A DNA stretch of 63,555 nt, taken from NCBI GenBank assembly GCA_964580435.1, contig CAZOKP010000005.1, positions 5,613-69,167 on the forward strand, in the 5' to 3' direction. The stretch is from an uncultured Eubacteriales bacterium (lineage in GTDB: Bacteria > Acidobacteriota > Aminicenantia > Aminicenantales > UBA8522). Below are positions 8,982 through 18,635 of the stretch, in pieces (positions within the stretch are counted from its first letter, which is position 1; the number at the start of each line of letters is the position of its first letter). Both the position numbers and the translations under genes were made by a program. The notes beneath the pieces are model-generated. The model had not been told where the DNA came from, made no database searches, and saw nothing but the letters and a program-made list of their open reading frames with translations.

Positions 8982-9974
8982 ATGAAGAAATTCACAGCTA
9001 TTGGTCTATCTGTTCTTTTCGCCTTGTTCTTCGTGGCCTCGTGCGCCAAAAAACCGGCTGCACCTAAAGCCGGCGCGGCTAAGGCAAATGATATGCTTTC
9101 TCTTCTCCCCAAGGAATCAGCCGGCGTGATCGTCATCGATGTTAACCGGATCATGACGACGGAATCGGTTGACAAAGCGATCAAGGAAAATAAGGACTAT
9201 CAGAAATACCAGGAATTTGTCCAGGAGACGGGCATCGACCCGCAGAAAGATGTCTTTTTCTTTGTCGGGGCCATGACCGGAGATTTGAGTCAAGGGGCCA
9301 AAGACGGGGTGGCCGTCGTCAACCTCAAATACGACAAAGATAAGCTTCTGGCCAAGATCCAAAAGGAGCGCGGCGAGCTGGCCAAGGCAGAGTACAACGG
9401 ATTCACCATCTACCAGGCGGCCGGGGCCGGCGAGCAAAAACCGGTGAGCGGCGCGTTCCTGGATGATTCCAACATCATCTTCGGCACCGATTCTGCGGTC
9501 AAGAGAGTCATCGATGTCTACCAAAAAAAGGCCGAAAACATCTGGAAGAGCGCATCGCTTCCAGCCTTGCTGAAGGGCATGAACACAGATGCCATGGTCT
9601 GGGGTGGCTTTGCCGTTCCGGCAGAGGCCCTGAAAAAGGCCGCCTCGCAAAACCCGATGCTGGGCGCTTTTGCGGATATCCAGTCCATCATCATTTCCTT
9701 TGATTACAAGAACCAGAACGTCCTGGCTGAGATCAAGGCCATGTGCCCGGACGAGGCCAAAACCAAGAAGATGGCCGATGCGCTTAACGGGTTCAAGGCC
9801 TTGGGAGCGGGAGTCGCCGCAAAAGAGCCGCTGGTCGGTGAGCTCTTGAACAAGATCGAGATCAGCTCGTCGGCCGATCATGTCAAGATCAATGCCAGCA
9901 TACCCGAGGAGCTTATCAAGAGTCTCAGCGAGAAAGTGAAAGTTGAGAAACCCCAGCCCGAGGGCCAGAATTAG
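8982..9974 (+). CDS. Hypothetical lipoprotein
   Basis: AGGAG RBS; signal peptide II with lipobox VASC; no family recognised. Confidence 0.75.
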   Translation: MKKFTAIGLSVLFALFFVASCAKKPAAPKAGAAKANDMLSLLPKESAGVIVIDVNRIMTTESVDKAIKENKDYQKYQEFVQETGIDPQKDVFFFVGAMTGDLSQGAKDGVAVVNLKYDKDKLLAKIQKERGELAKAEYNGFTIYQAAGAGEQKPVSGAFLDDSNIIFGTDSAVKRVIDVYQKKAENIWKSASLPALLKGMNTDAMVWGGFAVPAEALKKAASQNPMLGAFADIQSIIISFDYKNQNVLAEIKAMCPDEAKTKKMADALNGFKALGAGVAAKEPLVGELLNKIEISSSADHVKINASIPEELIKSLSEKVKVEKPQPEGQN

Positions 9975-10759
9975 TCCTCAAGAACATAATCTTTAAGAGA
10001 AAAAAGTAGACAGGCCAGGCCCAAAAAAGCTGCCGTAACCAGGAAAAGAACGAGAAGGGCAATTGCCGGTTGAGTCGGCACCAGCCGGAAGGTCAAGAAG
10101 GAGAACCTCCCCGGAGAGGAAGAGGGCAGGAACGACTTGAGATAGTGGATAATCGCAAATCGCTGCGTCGACCCGGGAAAATACTGGATGACATTTTCCC
10201 AGCCAAAACTGAAGAGCAGCCCGAAAAAAATCGACCTTCTTAAAAAACTCCCGAAAAAAGTAAAAAACGCAGTGTACGCGATAATCCCCAAGGTTGAGAC
10301 GCCCCAATATCGGAACAGCGTCAGGTAGATGGAGCCGTCGAGAAGACGGCTGATGTTAAGAACGGCAAAGGAAAAAACCATGCCCAGGCTGACCATCCCG
10401 ATGACGATGACCGTATAAGCGGCGTACTTGCCCAAGACGATGGCTGATTTCGGAATCGGACGGGTGAGGAGATAAGTAAGGGTTTTGCCTTCCACCTCTT
10501 CGGAGCAGACCGATGTTCCATAAAAAAGAGCCAGGATCAGGATGATCAATTGAAGATAAAACAGCATGATGATGTTAGTGAAGAGGTAGAGGCCATCGAG
10601 AGAATGGCTCTCGGAAAAGACCTGGTTGAATTTGATGACCAGAGCCACGACCACTGGCAAGAAGCTCAACAGAAAAAAGAATTTTGTCCTCCTGGCCTTC
10701 TTACCCAGGGAAAAGAAAACCGAAAAAACGTGACCAAGAGTCTTGACATAATAACGCAT
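9971..10759 (-). CDS. ABC-2-type transporter permease
   Basis: About 6 TM; EEVEGKTLTYLLTRPIPKS motif; start re-called to MRYYVKT right after the ATPase stop. Confidence 0.85.
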   Translation of the reverse strand: MRYYVKTLGHVFSVFFSLGKKARRTKFFFLLSFLPVVVALVIKFNQVFSESHSLDGLYLFTNIIMLFYLQLIILILALFYGTSVCSEEVEGKTLTYLLTRPIPKSAIVLGKYAAYTVIVIGMVSLGMVFSFAVLNISRLLDGSIYLTLFRYWGVSTLGIIAYTAFFTFFGSFLRRSIFFGLLFSFGWENVIQYFPGSTQRFAIIHYLKSFLPSSSPGRFSFLTFRLVPTQPAIALLVLFLVTAAFLGLACLLFSLKDYVLED

Positions 10760-10760
10760 T

Positions 10761-11684
10761 CTATTTACCCACGAGATAATCGAACACGGCCTGCAGATTA
10801 TCATCGGCAGAAGTGATCTCTTCGACCTCAATCCTGTTCTTCACCAGAAGGGATTGAAGAAGGCCGAAGAATCTATCCCGATTATTCGTCTCGACCAAAA
10901 GCGCCCGCGAGTCCGGCCCAATATGAACTTTCAAAACATATTCCTCCCGCAAGACCAGGGCGGCAAGGCCGCGCGGGTCGGCACACTTGACCGAAACCAT
11001 ATGAGGGTGGCTCTCGATCAGGTCACGGATATAATGGATATCTCCCTTAGCGAAAATTTTGCCCTGATGAATCAGGATGATATTCTTGGTCAGGGCTTCG
11101 ATCTCGGGCAGCACATGGCTCGAGACGATAATGGTCTTCCCCTCTTTGAAGTCTTTGATCAGCCGGATGAGCTTGCGCTTTCCCAGCGGGTCCATTCCGC
11201 TCAAAGGCTCATCCAGGATGAGGATGTCCGGGTCGTGAGCGATCGCCTGGGCAAATTTGAGCCTCTGACGCATGCCGCGGCTGTAGGCTCTGATTAATCT
11301 TTTTTTATCTCCGACGAGCTCGACGATCTCCAGGGCCCGCTCCGCCCGGGATTGGATCTCCTCTGCAGAAAATTGCTGCAGCCTCAGAAGGCTGGTCAAG
11401 AATTCCCACCCAGTCATCTCCTCGTAGAAAGAGTCCTGCTCGGGGCAAAAACCGAGGCGCGAAAAAAGGGCATAGTTATTTCTAACCTTCTGCCCGTAAA
11501 TGGCGACTTGACCGATACTCGGCCTGATCTGGCCGGTCAGGAGCTTGAGGAAGGTCGATTTCCCGGCGCCGTTCGGTCCGAGAAGCCCGGTTATCCCAGG
11601 CTCGATCTGGAGGGTGACGTCGCTCAGCCCGAGGACATTGCCGTACCACTTGGACAGCTTGCTCGTTTCGATCACAGCGGTCAT
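10761..11684 (-). CDS. ABC transporter ATP-binding protein
   Basis: Walker A GPNGAGKS, signature YSRGMRQ, Walker B ILILDEP; start re-called to MTAVIE (ATGA overlap at 11681-11684). Confidence 0.92.
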   Translation of the reverse strand: MTAVIETSKLSKWYGNVLGLSDVTLQIEPGITGLLGPNGAGKSTFLKLLTGQIRPSIGQVAIYGQKVRNNYALFSRLGFCPEQDSFYEEMTGWEFLTSLLRLQQFSAEEIQSRAERALEIVELVGDKKRLIRAYSRGMRQRLKFAQAIAHDPDILILDEPLSGMDPLGKRKLIRLIKDFKEGKTIIVSSHVLPEIEALTKNIILIHQGKIFAKGDIHYIRDLIESHPHMVSVKCADPRGLAALVLREEYVLKVHIGPDSRALLVETNNRDRFFGLLQSLLVKNRIEVEEITSADDNLQAVFDYLVGK

Positions 11685-12553
11685 TTGATGACGTCCACTC
11701 CTTTGACTTTGCTTATCATCACTAAGTACGCCAGGAAACAGATCCCCAGCAAAATGAAGAACGACCAATACCAGGGAACAGCGTAGGCCGGTTTCATTTT
11801 AAAGATGAAGGCTCCGACCTGCTGAAGATTGGCTTTCACGGAAAGGAGAACAAAGCCCGGTTTTTTAAAATATTCGTAAAAGAAGCCAGAAAGGATGTCG
11901 GAAAAGATATACACGGCAAAGATCAGGATAGAGACATACCTCCTGTTCTTGCTCAACGCTGAAAGCAGGAGCGTATAAAAACAGAAAAACAAGGACACGA
12001 CCAAGGAATAGACGATGACGGAGACAATCAGCCAGGGATAAGAGGCGATAAACTGGAAGCTCCCGGAAAAGAGCAGCTTGAAGAGAATAAAAAGAAGCCC
12101 GGGAACAGCGGTCAGGAGAAGAAGGAAAAACAAGACGATTGCGCCTTTTCCGACCAGGTAGTCGCGCTTCTCCAGCGGCCTCGAGAAATACAGCTGGAGA
12201 GAATTGCCTTTGAGGTCATCGGAGATGAGGCCGGCCCCACTGACGACGAGGATCATGACCATTATGAAGAGAAGAAAATCACCCGTGAAATAGGTCTTGA
12301 AATAAGCCGGATTGACCTCGAGCAGCTTGGGCGTACCCCGGACCATATATTTGAAATCCTCGATTCTCTCGGAGACATAGATCCCCACAAGGAACACGAG
12401 AGCGGGTATAAAGGACCCGAAGTAAAGGAACTTGAAATATTTTTTCTTGAACGAGAGCTTGATGCCGAGCCAGGTGATCGGCCACCAGGCAAACTTCCTT
12501 TCTCTGAGCACGCCGTCCCAATGGATGTATCCTTTCTCCCTGATGGTCATCAA
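11681..12553 (-). CDS. ABC-2-type transporter permease
   Basis: Multiple TM; ISDDLKGNSLQLYFSRPL motif. Confidence 0.85.
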   Translation of the reverse strand: MMTIREKGYIHWDGVLRERKFAWWPITWLGIKLSFKKKYFKFLYFGSFIPALVFLVGIYVSERIEDFKYMVRGTPKLLEVNPAYFKTYFTGDFLLFIMVMILVVSGAGLISDDLKGNSLQLYFSRPLEKRDYLVGKGAIVLFFLLLLTAVPGLLFILFKLLFSGSFQFIASYPWLIVSVIVYSLVVSLFFCFYTLLLSALSKNRRYVSILIFAVYIFSDILSGFFYEYFKKPGFVLLSVKANLQQVGAFIFKMKPAYAVPWYWSFFILLGICFLAYLVMISKVKGVDVIK

Positions 12554-13461
12554 TCCACTCCAACCGCCTTGGCGAAAAGGTCCTCGAGGGAGGTTTGACT
12601 CCTGACGAACAGGCGGACCTGCACTTTCTCCTCTTCCGCCGCCTGGAAAAATTCGATGATTTCTCTGTCTGCCGGGATATATACCTTCAGCAGGTTGTCT
12701 TCGGTCTCTTCGACCTTGTAGCCTATGCTCCTCAATCTCTCAACAAAACCCTGTCCATCCCCTTTTATCCTCACTTCATAGAGCCTGAAGTGGAGCCGCT
12801 TGAGCTCGCTGATTTTTCCTTGGGCCGCCAGCCGCCCTTTGTTGAGAATCACCACATCCGAGCAGACGGATTCGATATCGGTGAGGATATGCGAGGAGAT
12901 CAGCACTTGAATGTCTTTCTTGGAAGAGATATCCGTGATCAGTTCGAGGATCTCTTTCCGGCCCTGCGGGTCCAGGTTGCTGGTCGGCTCATCAAGAAAG
13001 AGGAGCTTGGGATCATGGACGATGGCCTGGGCAAGCTTGAGCCTCTGCTTCATGCCGGCGGAATAGGTCTCCAACTGCCTGTACCGAGACTCCCCCAGCC
13101 CGACATAGAAAAGAACATCATGGGCTCTCTTCATGGCTTCTTGATGAGGCATCCCGGAAAGCTCTCCGAAATAAGCCGTGAAGGTTACTGCATCCATTCC
13201 GGGGATGAGACATTCGTCTTCAGGCATATAGCCGACGTGGCGTCGGATCTGCGGCTGCTCCAGCCGGATATCATAGCCGAGGACCCGCCCGCTCCCTTTC
13301 TGAGGGGCTAAAAAACCGAGAAGGAGGCGAAGTAGAGTGCTCTTGCCCGCGCCGTTGGGTCCGAGGAGCCCGACCGCGCCTTCGGAGAGTTCCAGAGTAA
13401 CGCCGTCCAGGGCTATGACTCGGCCGTAGCTGAAATGAATATCGTGGAGCTCGACGATCAT
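12550..13461 (-). CDS. ABC transporter ATP-binding protein
   Basis: GPNGAGKS, YSAGMKQ, LLFLDEP; start re-called to MIVELHDI. Confidence 0.92.
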   Translation of the reverse strand: MIVELHDIHFSYGRVIALDGVTLELSEGAVGLLGPNGAGKSTLLRLLLGFLAPQKGSGRVLGYDIRLEQPQIRRHVGYMPEDECLIPGMDAVTFTAYFGELSGMPHQEAMKRAHDVLFYVGLGESRYRQLETYSAGMKQRLKLAQAIVHDPKLLFLDEPTSNLDPQGRKEILELITDISSKKDIQVLISSHILTDIESVCSDVVILNKGRLAAQGKISELKRLHFRLYEVRIKGDGQGFVERLRSIGYKVEETEDNLLKVYIPADREIIEFFQAAEEEKVQVRLFVRSQTSLEDLFAKAVGVD

Positions 13462-13534
13462 CGTTCTCTGTCTCGGCCTCAATTCTCAAATACGAGGGTG
13501 AGGACAAAAAAGTTCAATCTTTCAAGGGAATGCA

Positions 13535-15139
13535 TCAACCCGAAATCTTCGTTCCCTCCCCATGCACGAGAGCCCGATACGCCTTTTCCACGCGATCCCA
13601 GTTCTCCTCCCTGTCAAGAGCCCAATAGCGGCCGAGGACGGTGACGGCTTCCCCGACTCCGAGCGTTTTGGCTGTCTCCTCGACCTTTTCCATGTAAATG
13701 GCCCCGCTTTCCGGCTTCTCCCCTCTCCGGCCGATGAAAGCATGAATGTAAACCTTTTTTAGTCCCACATTTTTGGCCAAGCGGAGGAGCGCAAAGAGAT
13801 GCCTGATCGTTCCATGAGAGCTATAATGAGAGACGATGCCCATGAGGTGAAGAGCCTTCTTGTCCCTTTTGGCTCCCTCCATGGCTGAGAGGAAAACAGG
13901 GTTGCGGAAAAAGCTTCCATCCTCGATGGACCGATCGATCTTCACCCGCTCAAGGAAGACGCGCCGCCCGGCGCCAAGATGGAGATGTCCGGCTTCCGAG
14001 TTTCCGACGGTGTGGGAAGGCATGCCCACCGCCTCTCCCGAGGCTCTGAGGAGTGAATGCGAAAAACAAGACCAGAGCCCGTCAAAATGAGGCGTCCGGG
14101 CTTCCAAGATGAGGTTGCCTTGGGTCTCTTCCTTCAATCCCCACCCGTCTAGGATAAGAAGGGCAACTCGCTGTCTCGTTCTTGACGGTCGAGGCCGGCC
14201 GAGGATTAGACTCTCGCCTGTCATTTCCTCCGGCTTCCCCATGTTCAGCAAGTCAAGGACCGTCGGCGCCACGTCGGCAAGCTCCCCTGTTTCTTTGAGA
14301 ACCCAGGCCTCTGGGCGTTCTCTGGATAGATCGGCCAGGATAAAAGGGACCGGATTTTTGGTGTGACCCGTATTGACCGTGCCGTCGGGATAAAGCCACT
14401 CTTCGACGGTGCCGTGATCCGAAGTCACAATCAGAAATACTCCCTGCCTTCGGCACTCTTCAATGATCGCGCCCAGCGCGGAATCTACCGTTTCCACAGC
14501 TTTTAGGACTGCCGGTTTATCCTCACTATGGCCGACCACATCAACATTGGCGAGATTCGCGATGATGACAGAGTAAGAACGATCTTGAAGTTTTCGCCTC
14601 ACGTCCTGAGCCACTAGAGCGGCGCTCATTTCCGGCTTTTGAGCATAAGAGGCGACGTCTTGAGGCGAAGGAACAACGAACCTCTCTTCGCCGGGAAAGA
14701 CCTGGTCGCTTTTGCCGTTGAGAAAATAGCCCACGTGCACGGCTTTTTCCGACTCCGAGATTTTCGCCAGGCGCAAGCCTTGCCGGCTGATGACTTCAGT
14801 GAGCGTATTTTTAATTTTTTCTTCCGGAGGGAAGGCCGTTTTGGCCCTGAGCATCGGGTCATAGGTGATCATGGTCACGAAATGCAGATGGAGATCCTTT
14901 TGGCGCGAAAAATGGCTAAAGTCATCTTCGGTCAAGCTCTGTGTCAGCTCGATCTCTCTCTCGCCGCGGATATCATAAAAAATAACATAATCTCCGTCGC
15001 TGAGCCTTCCTCTGGGCCTGCCCGTAGGGTCGGCCTTAATAAGCGGTTCCAGGGCCTCATCCTCTTGGCCCCTTGTGTAGGCTTCGCGTATGGCGTCAGC
15101 AAGCGAAAGATTCTTAACCTGAGCGGCCGTTTTCATCAT
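13535..15139 (-). CDS. gpmI: 2,3-bisphosphoglycerate-independent phosphoglycerate mutase, circularly permuted
   Basis: All iPGM motifs are present but the canonical C-terminal half (DIRGERE, EKAVHV, NVDVVGH, TSDHG, GHT, ADVAPT) precedes the canonical N-terminal half (LDGWG, GNSEAGH, GRYWALDR). Confidence 0.88.
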   Translation of the reverse strand: MMKTAAQVKNLSLADAIREAYTRGQEDEALEPLIKADPTGRPRGRLSDGDYVIFYDIRGEREIELTQSLTEDDFSHFSRQKDLHLHFVTMITYDPMLRAKTAFPPEEKIKNTLTEVISRQGLRLAKISESEKAVHVGYFLNGKSDQVFPGEERFVVPSPQDVASYAQKPEMSAALVAQDVRRKLQDRSYSVIIANLANVDVVGHSEDKPAVLKAVETVDSALGAIIEECRRQGVFLIVTSDHGTVEEWLYPDGTVNTGHTKNPVPFILADLSRERPEAWVLKETGELADVAPTVLDLLNMGKPEEMTGESLILGRPRPSRTRQRVALLILDGWGLKEETQGNLILEARTPHFDGLWSCFSHSLLRASGEAVGMPSHTVGNSEAGHLHLGAGRRVFLERVKIDRSIEDGSFFRNPVFLSAMEGAKRDKKALHLMGIVSHYSSHGTIRHLFALLRLAKNVGLKKVYIHAFIGRRGEKPESGAIYMEKVEETAKTLGVGEAVTVLGRYWALDREENWDRVEKAYRALVHGEGTKISG

Positions 15140-15199
15140 GGCTATGTCCCAAAGAGAAGTTATAATATAAGAAGCGAGCAAAAGCATGTCAATGGGGGT

Positions 15200-15540
15200 G
15201 CTTGGGGTATGGGCTCGAATGCAGGCGAGTGTGCTCCCAGCCCGGTGTGGGTCCTGTCAGGGCGCGTCCCCGTAAAGGCTCGGGCTCTGGGATTCGTCAG
15301 CACGCTGATTTTCCCCAGCGAGAAAAATCAGCTCCGACTCATCCTTCGCTCTTCTCTCTTGCGGAGAGAAACCCTGCCCGCTCAGTCTTCGACGGGCTTC
15401 CTCACCCAAACCCTTCGTCTTGTCTTTCTTGGTTGAGTTGCGGGCGGTCCAGGGACTAACGCCGTGCCACCCACACCTCAATACTCGCGCATACGAGAAT
15501 TGTTCGTCCAACCCCTCGCATCGAAATAAGGAAGGGGATG
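15200..15540. other. Unassigned intergenic element with several hairpins
   Basis: About 450 bp between divergent gpmI and S9 peptidase; 9-bp stem GCTGATTTT/AAAATCAGC at 15304-15332 plus smaller stems. Confidence 0.3.
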
Positions 15541-15640
15541 AGCGGCTGCCTCCATATCTTTCTCAAAGGTAGGAATTCTCTTGACGACCGAACAGCATCC
15601 GAATAAATTAGCAGGGAAAGCATCCGAGAAAGGAGAAGTC

Positions 15641-17683
15641 ATGAAAAGAATTTGGCGGCTGATTGTGGTCTTTGTGCCGTTCTCTCTCATGCTCACAGGA
15701 GTGGCGTCAGCAGCCCGGACCAGGGCCATCACGTTTGACGACTTCCTCAACATCAAGCGCGTGAGCGATCCCCAGCTCTCTCCTGATGGAAAGCATATCG
15801 CCTTCGTCGTCACGGTGATAGAAAAGGAAGCCAACCGCGGGGACAGCGACATCTGGATCGTCCCATCAAGCGGTGGCGAAATCCGCCGCCTCACGTCAAG
15901 CCCGAAAGCGGACTTCAACCCGCGCTGGTCTCCCGACGCGAAAAAGATTGCTTTCATCTCCGCGAGGAACGGAACTCCCCAGGTTTTTTTGATCGACCTC
16001 GCCGGGGGGGAGGCTCAGCCGCTTACAGATATCTCTACAGGAGCCTCCGGGGTTATTTGGTCTCCAGCAGGCAAAGATCTCGCTTTTATCTCAGCGGTCT
16101 TCCCAGAATGTCCGGATGACGAATGCAATAGCAAAAAGAAGGAAGCAAGAGAGAAAAGTCCGGTCAAAGCCCAAACCTACGATCACCTTCTCTTCCGCCA
16201 CTGGAATGCCTGGACCGATGGGACAAGAAGCCACCTGTTCACGGTTCCTGCCCAGGGAGGAAAAGCGGTCGACCTCACGCCCGGCGATTATGACACTCCG
16301 CCCATCGCCTTGGAGGGCATGTCGGACTATGTCTTTTCACCCGACGGCGAGGAAGTCTGCTTTGTTCGAAACATGGACCCGGAACTCAAACTTGGGCTGG
16401 GCACAAACAATGACGTCTTCCTGACTTCTTCAAGGGGTGGCGAGATCAAAAAAATTACCGAAAACCGGGCCAACGATAACCAGCCCCTTTATTCGCCCGA
16501 CGGACGACATATCGCTTACAGGGCCATGTCCCGTGGCGGTTTCGAGGCCGACAGCTATTGTTTGATGCTCTACGACAGGAAATCCGGCCGGGCACGAAAT
16601 CTCACCGAAAACCTCGATTATTCCATCGGGGAAGTCGTCTGGGCCCCGGACAGCGCCTCGCTTTATTTCACTTCCGAGGACAAGGGACGCACGGCCCTGT
16701 TCAGGCTAGGTTTGGCCGGACCAAAAATTGAAAAAATTCTCGAAGGCCATTACCTTACCCACCCCTTCATCTCCCCCGACGGAAAAACTCTCTTTTTCCT
16801 CAAGCAGTCCATCCATCGCCCCGCCGATATCTACTCTTTCGACCTGGAGGGACCAGAGCTCTTGCAGCTCACCGATATCAACTGCGAGCTCCTGGTCAGG
16901 CTCGAGCTTCCGGGGGCCGAGGAGTTCTGGTTTGAAGGCGCGGCTAAGGACAAGGTTCATGGCTTTCTTCTCAAACCGCCTTTCTTCGACGCGGCCAAAA
17001 AATACCCTCTGGTTATGCTCATCCACGGCGGACCTCAGGGCGCATGGAGCGACAACTTCCACTTTCGCTGGAACGCCGAGATGTTCGCCGCTCCCGGGTA
17101 TGTCGTGGCCATGATTAATTTTCACGGCAGCACAGGTTACGGCCAGCGCTTTACGGACTCAATAAGCGGCGATTGGGGAGGAAAACCCTACAAGGACATT
17201 ATGCGTGGATTGGACCACCTCCTTGCTCAGTACGCTTTCATTGATAAAGACAGGCTCGCAGCCGCAGGCGCTTCCTATGGAGGCTACATGGTCGACTGGA
17301 TCGAGGGTCAGACCGACCGCTTCGATTGCCTCATCTCTCATTCAGGCGTCTTTGACCTCCGCTCCATGTACGGAGCGACCGAGGAGCTCTGGTTTCCTGA
17401 ATGGGAATTCAGAGGCACTCCCTGGACAAATCCCGAACAATACGCGCACTGGTCGCCCAGCAATTATGTTAAAAATTTCAAGACACCGTGCCTTGTCATC
17501 CACAGCGCTAATGATTTCCGGGTTCCGCTCACTCAAGGCCTGCAGTTCTTTTCTTCGCTCCAGCGGATGGGAATCCCGTCCAAATTGTTGTATTTCCCGG
17601 ACGAGGACCATTTTATCCAAAAGCCCCAAAACTCCGAGCTCTGGTGGAAAACGGTCTTGGATTGGCTCAAAACGTATCTGTAA
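15641..17683 (+). CDS. S9 family (prolyl oligopeptidase/acylaminoacyl-peptidase-like) exported peptidase
   Basis: Signal peptide after AGGAG RBS, beta-propeller SPDG repeats, GASYGG nucleophile, NDFRV Asp, DEDH His. Confidence 0.92.
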   Translation: MKRIWRLIVVFVPFSLMLTGVASAARTRAITFDDFLNIKRVSDPQLSPDGKHIAFVVTVIEKEANRGDSDIWIVPSSGGEIRRLTSSPKADFNPRWSPDAKKIAFISARNGTPQVFLIDLAGGEAQPLTDISTGASGVIWSPAGKDLAFISAVFPECPDDECNSKKKEAREKSPVKAQTYDHLLFRHWNAWTDGTRSHLFTVPAQGGKAVDLTPGDYDTPPIALEGMSDYVFSPDGEEVCFVRNMDPELKLGLGTNNDVFLTSSRGGEIKKITENRANDNQPLYSPDGRHIAYRAMSRGGFEADSYCLMLYDRKSGRARNLTENLDYSIGEVVWAPDSASLYFTSEDKGRTALFRLGLAGPKIEKILEGHYLTHPFISPDGKTLFFLKQSIHRPADIYSFDLEGPELLQLTDINCELLVRLELPGAEEFWFEGAAKDKVHGFLLKPPFFDAAKKYPLVMLIHGGPQGAWSDNFHFRWNAEMFAAPGYVVAMINFHGSTGYGQRFTDSISGDWGGKPYKDIMRGLDHLLAQYAFIDKDRLAAAGASYGGYMVDWIEGQTDRFDCLISHSGVFDLRSMYGATEELWFPEWEFRGTPWTNPEQYAHWSPSNYVKNFKTPCLVIHSANDFRVPLTQGLQFFSSLQRMGIPSKLLYFPDEDHFIQKPQNSELWWKTVLDWLKTYL

Positions 17684-17702
17684 AGACGAGGCTTCGGGTA
17701 AG

Positions 17703-18635
17703 CTACTTCTGGAGCGGAAGACTGAGAAGAGCGAGAGGGTCGACCCGGCTGTCTTGAATCCTCACGCCCCAGTGGAGATGGGGGCCGGTTGACCTTCCGC
17801 TGCTGCCCACCAAGCCGACGACATCTCCTTTGCTCACCATCTCGCCCCTTTTCACTGTGATTCTAGAAAAATGGCAGTAGTAGGTGAATAAGCCCAGGCC
17901 GTGGTTCAGAATGACCGTTTTCCCGGAAAAATACAGATCTCTGGCCAAGACGACACGGCCCGCGTTGGCGGCCCGAACCGGGGAGCCGGAGGGCGCTCGA
18001 ATATCCACGCCCGCATGGGTGGAGCGGGGCACATTGTTATAAATTCTTCTCTCGCCAAAATTCGGAGCCATTTCACCCGCACTCGGGAGAATGAAGGCCC
18101 CGTCGCCCAGCCATTGCGTTGTAACAATGCCGTAGATGGATTCCAGAAGCTCGGCTTCCCACTGGACCCGCGCCCGGACCTCGGGCGGCGGAGTGACATA
18201 TTGTTCCTTTACCCAGAGTTTCTTGACCGGGAATTCCCTGGCTGAAAAAGAAAATTCCCTTTTCAAGGTCTCTGTCCGGCCGTCCTTTCTGAGGACTGTG
18301 ATATCGAAAGCGTGGCTTCCAGGCGCGAGGCCGATGTCAAGACCGATGAAAGCAAAGGGTTCGTCTCTCTCGCCGGCTGGTTCAAGCACAAACGTCTTGT
18401 TGAGGAATCGGATCGTAACCTTTCTCACTCCGGAAGCGTCGGTAAGCCTGACCAGGACGATTTGGCCAGGCTCAAAGGATGAATAAACGAAGTCGATGCC
18501 GGTTCCAAGCGGCGATTGCAGTATTATGCTTTCTTCGCCGTTAACAGCTATAGACGCAGCCAGGAAGAAACTGAAAAGAAACAGAAAACCCCTTTTCAAC
18601 CCGCTAAACCTTTTTCTTGAGAAGCTGTCCGGCAA
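17703..18635 (-). CDS. M23 family metallopeptidase (peptidoglycan endopeptidase-like)
   Basis: HAGVD (HxxxD) and TGPHLHW (HxH) motifs; N-terminal signal/anchor. Confidence 0.9.
   Translation of the reverse strand: MPDSFSRKRFSGLKRGFLFLFSFFLAASIAVNGEESIILQSPLGTGIDFVYSSFEPGQIVLVRLTDASGVRKVTIRFLNKTFVLEPAGERDEPFAFIGLDIGLAPGSHAFDITVLRKDGRTETLKREFSFSAREFPVKKLWVKEQYVTPPPEVRARVQWEAELLESIYGIVTTQWLGDGAFILPSAGEMAPNFGERRIYNNVPRSTHAGVDIRAPSGSPVRAANAGRVVLARDLYFSGKTVILNHGLGLFTYYCHFSRITVKRGEMVSKGDVVGLVGSSGRSTGPHLHWGVRIQDSRVDPLALLSLPLQK

Noticed and set aside
15446-15462. T-box-like GGGTGGCACGGCG on the minus strand
   Set aside because: Mismatches the UGGNACC bulge, has no stem I/specifier or terminator, and the downstream gene is gpmI rather than an amino-acid gene
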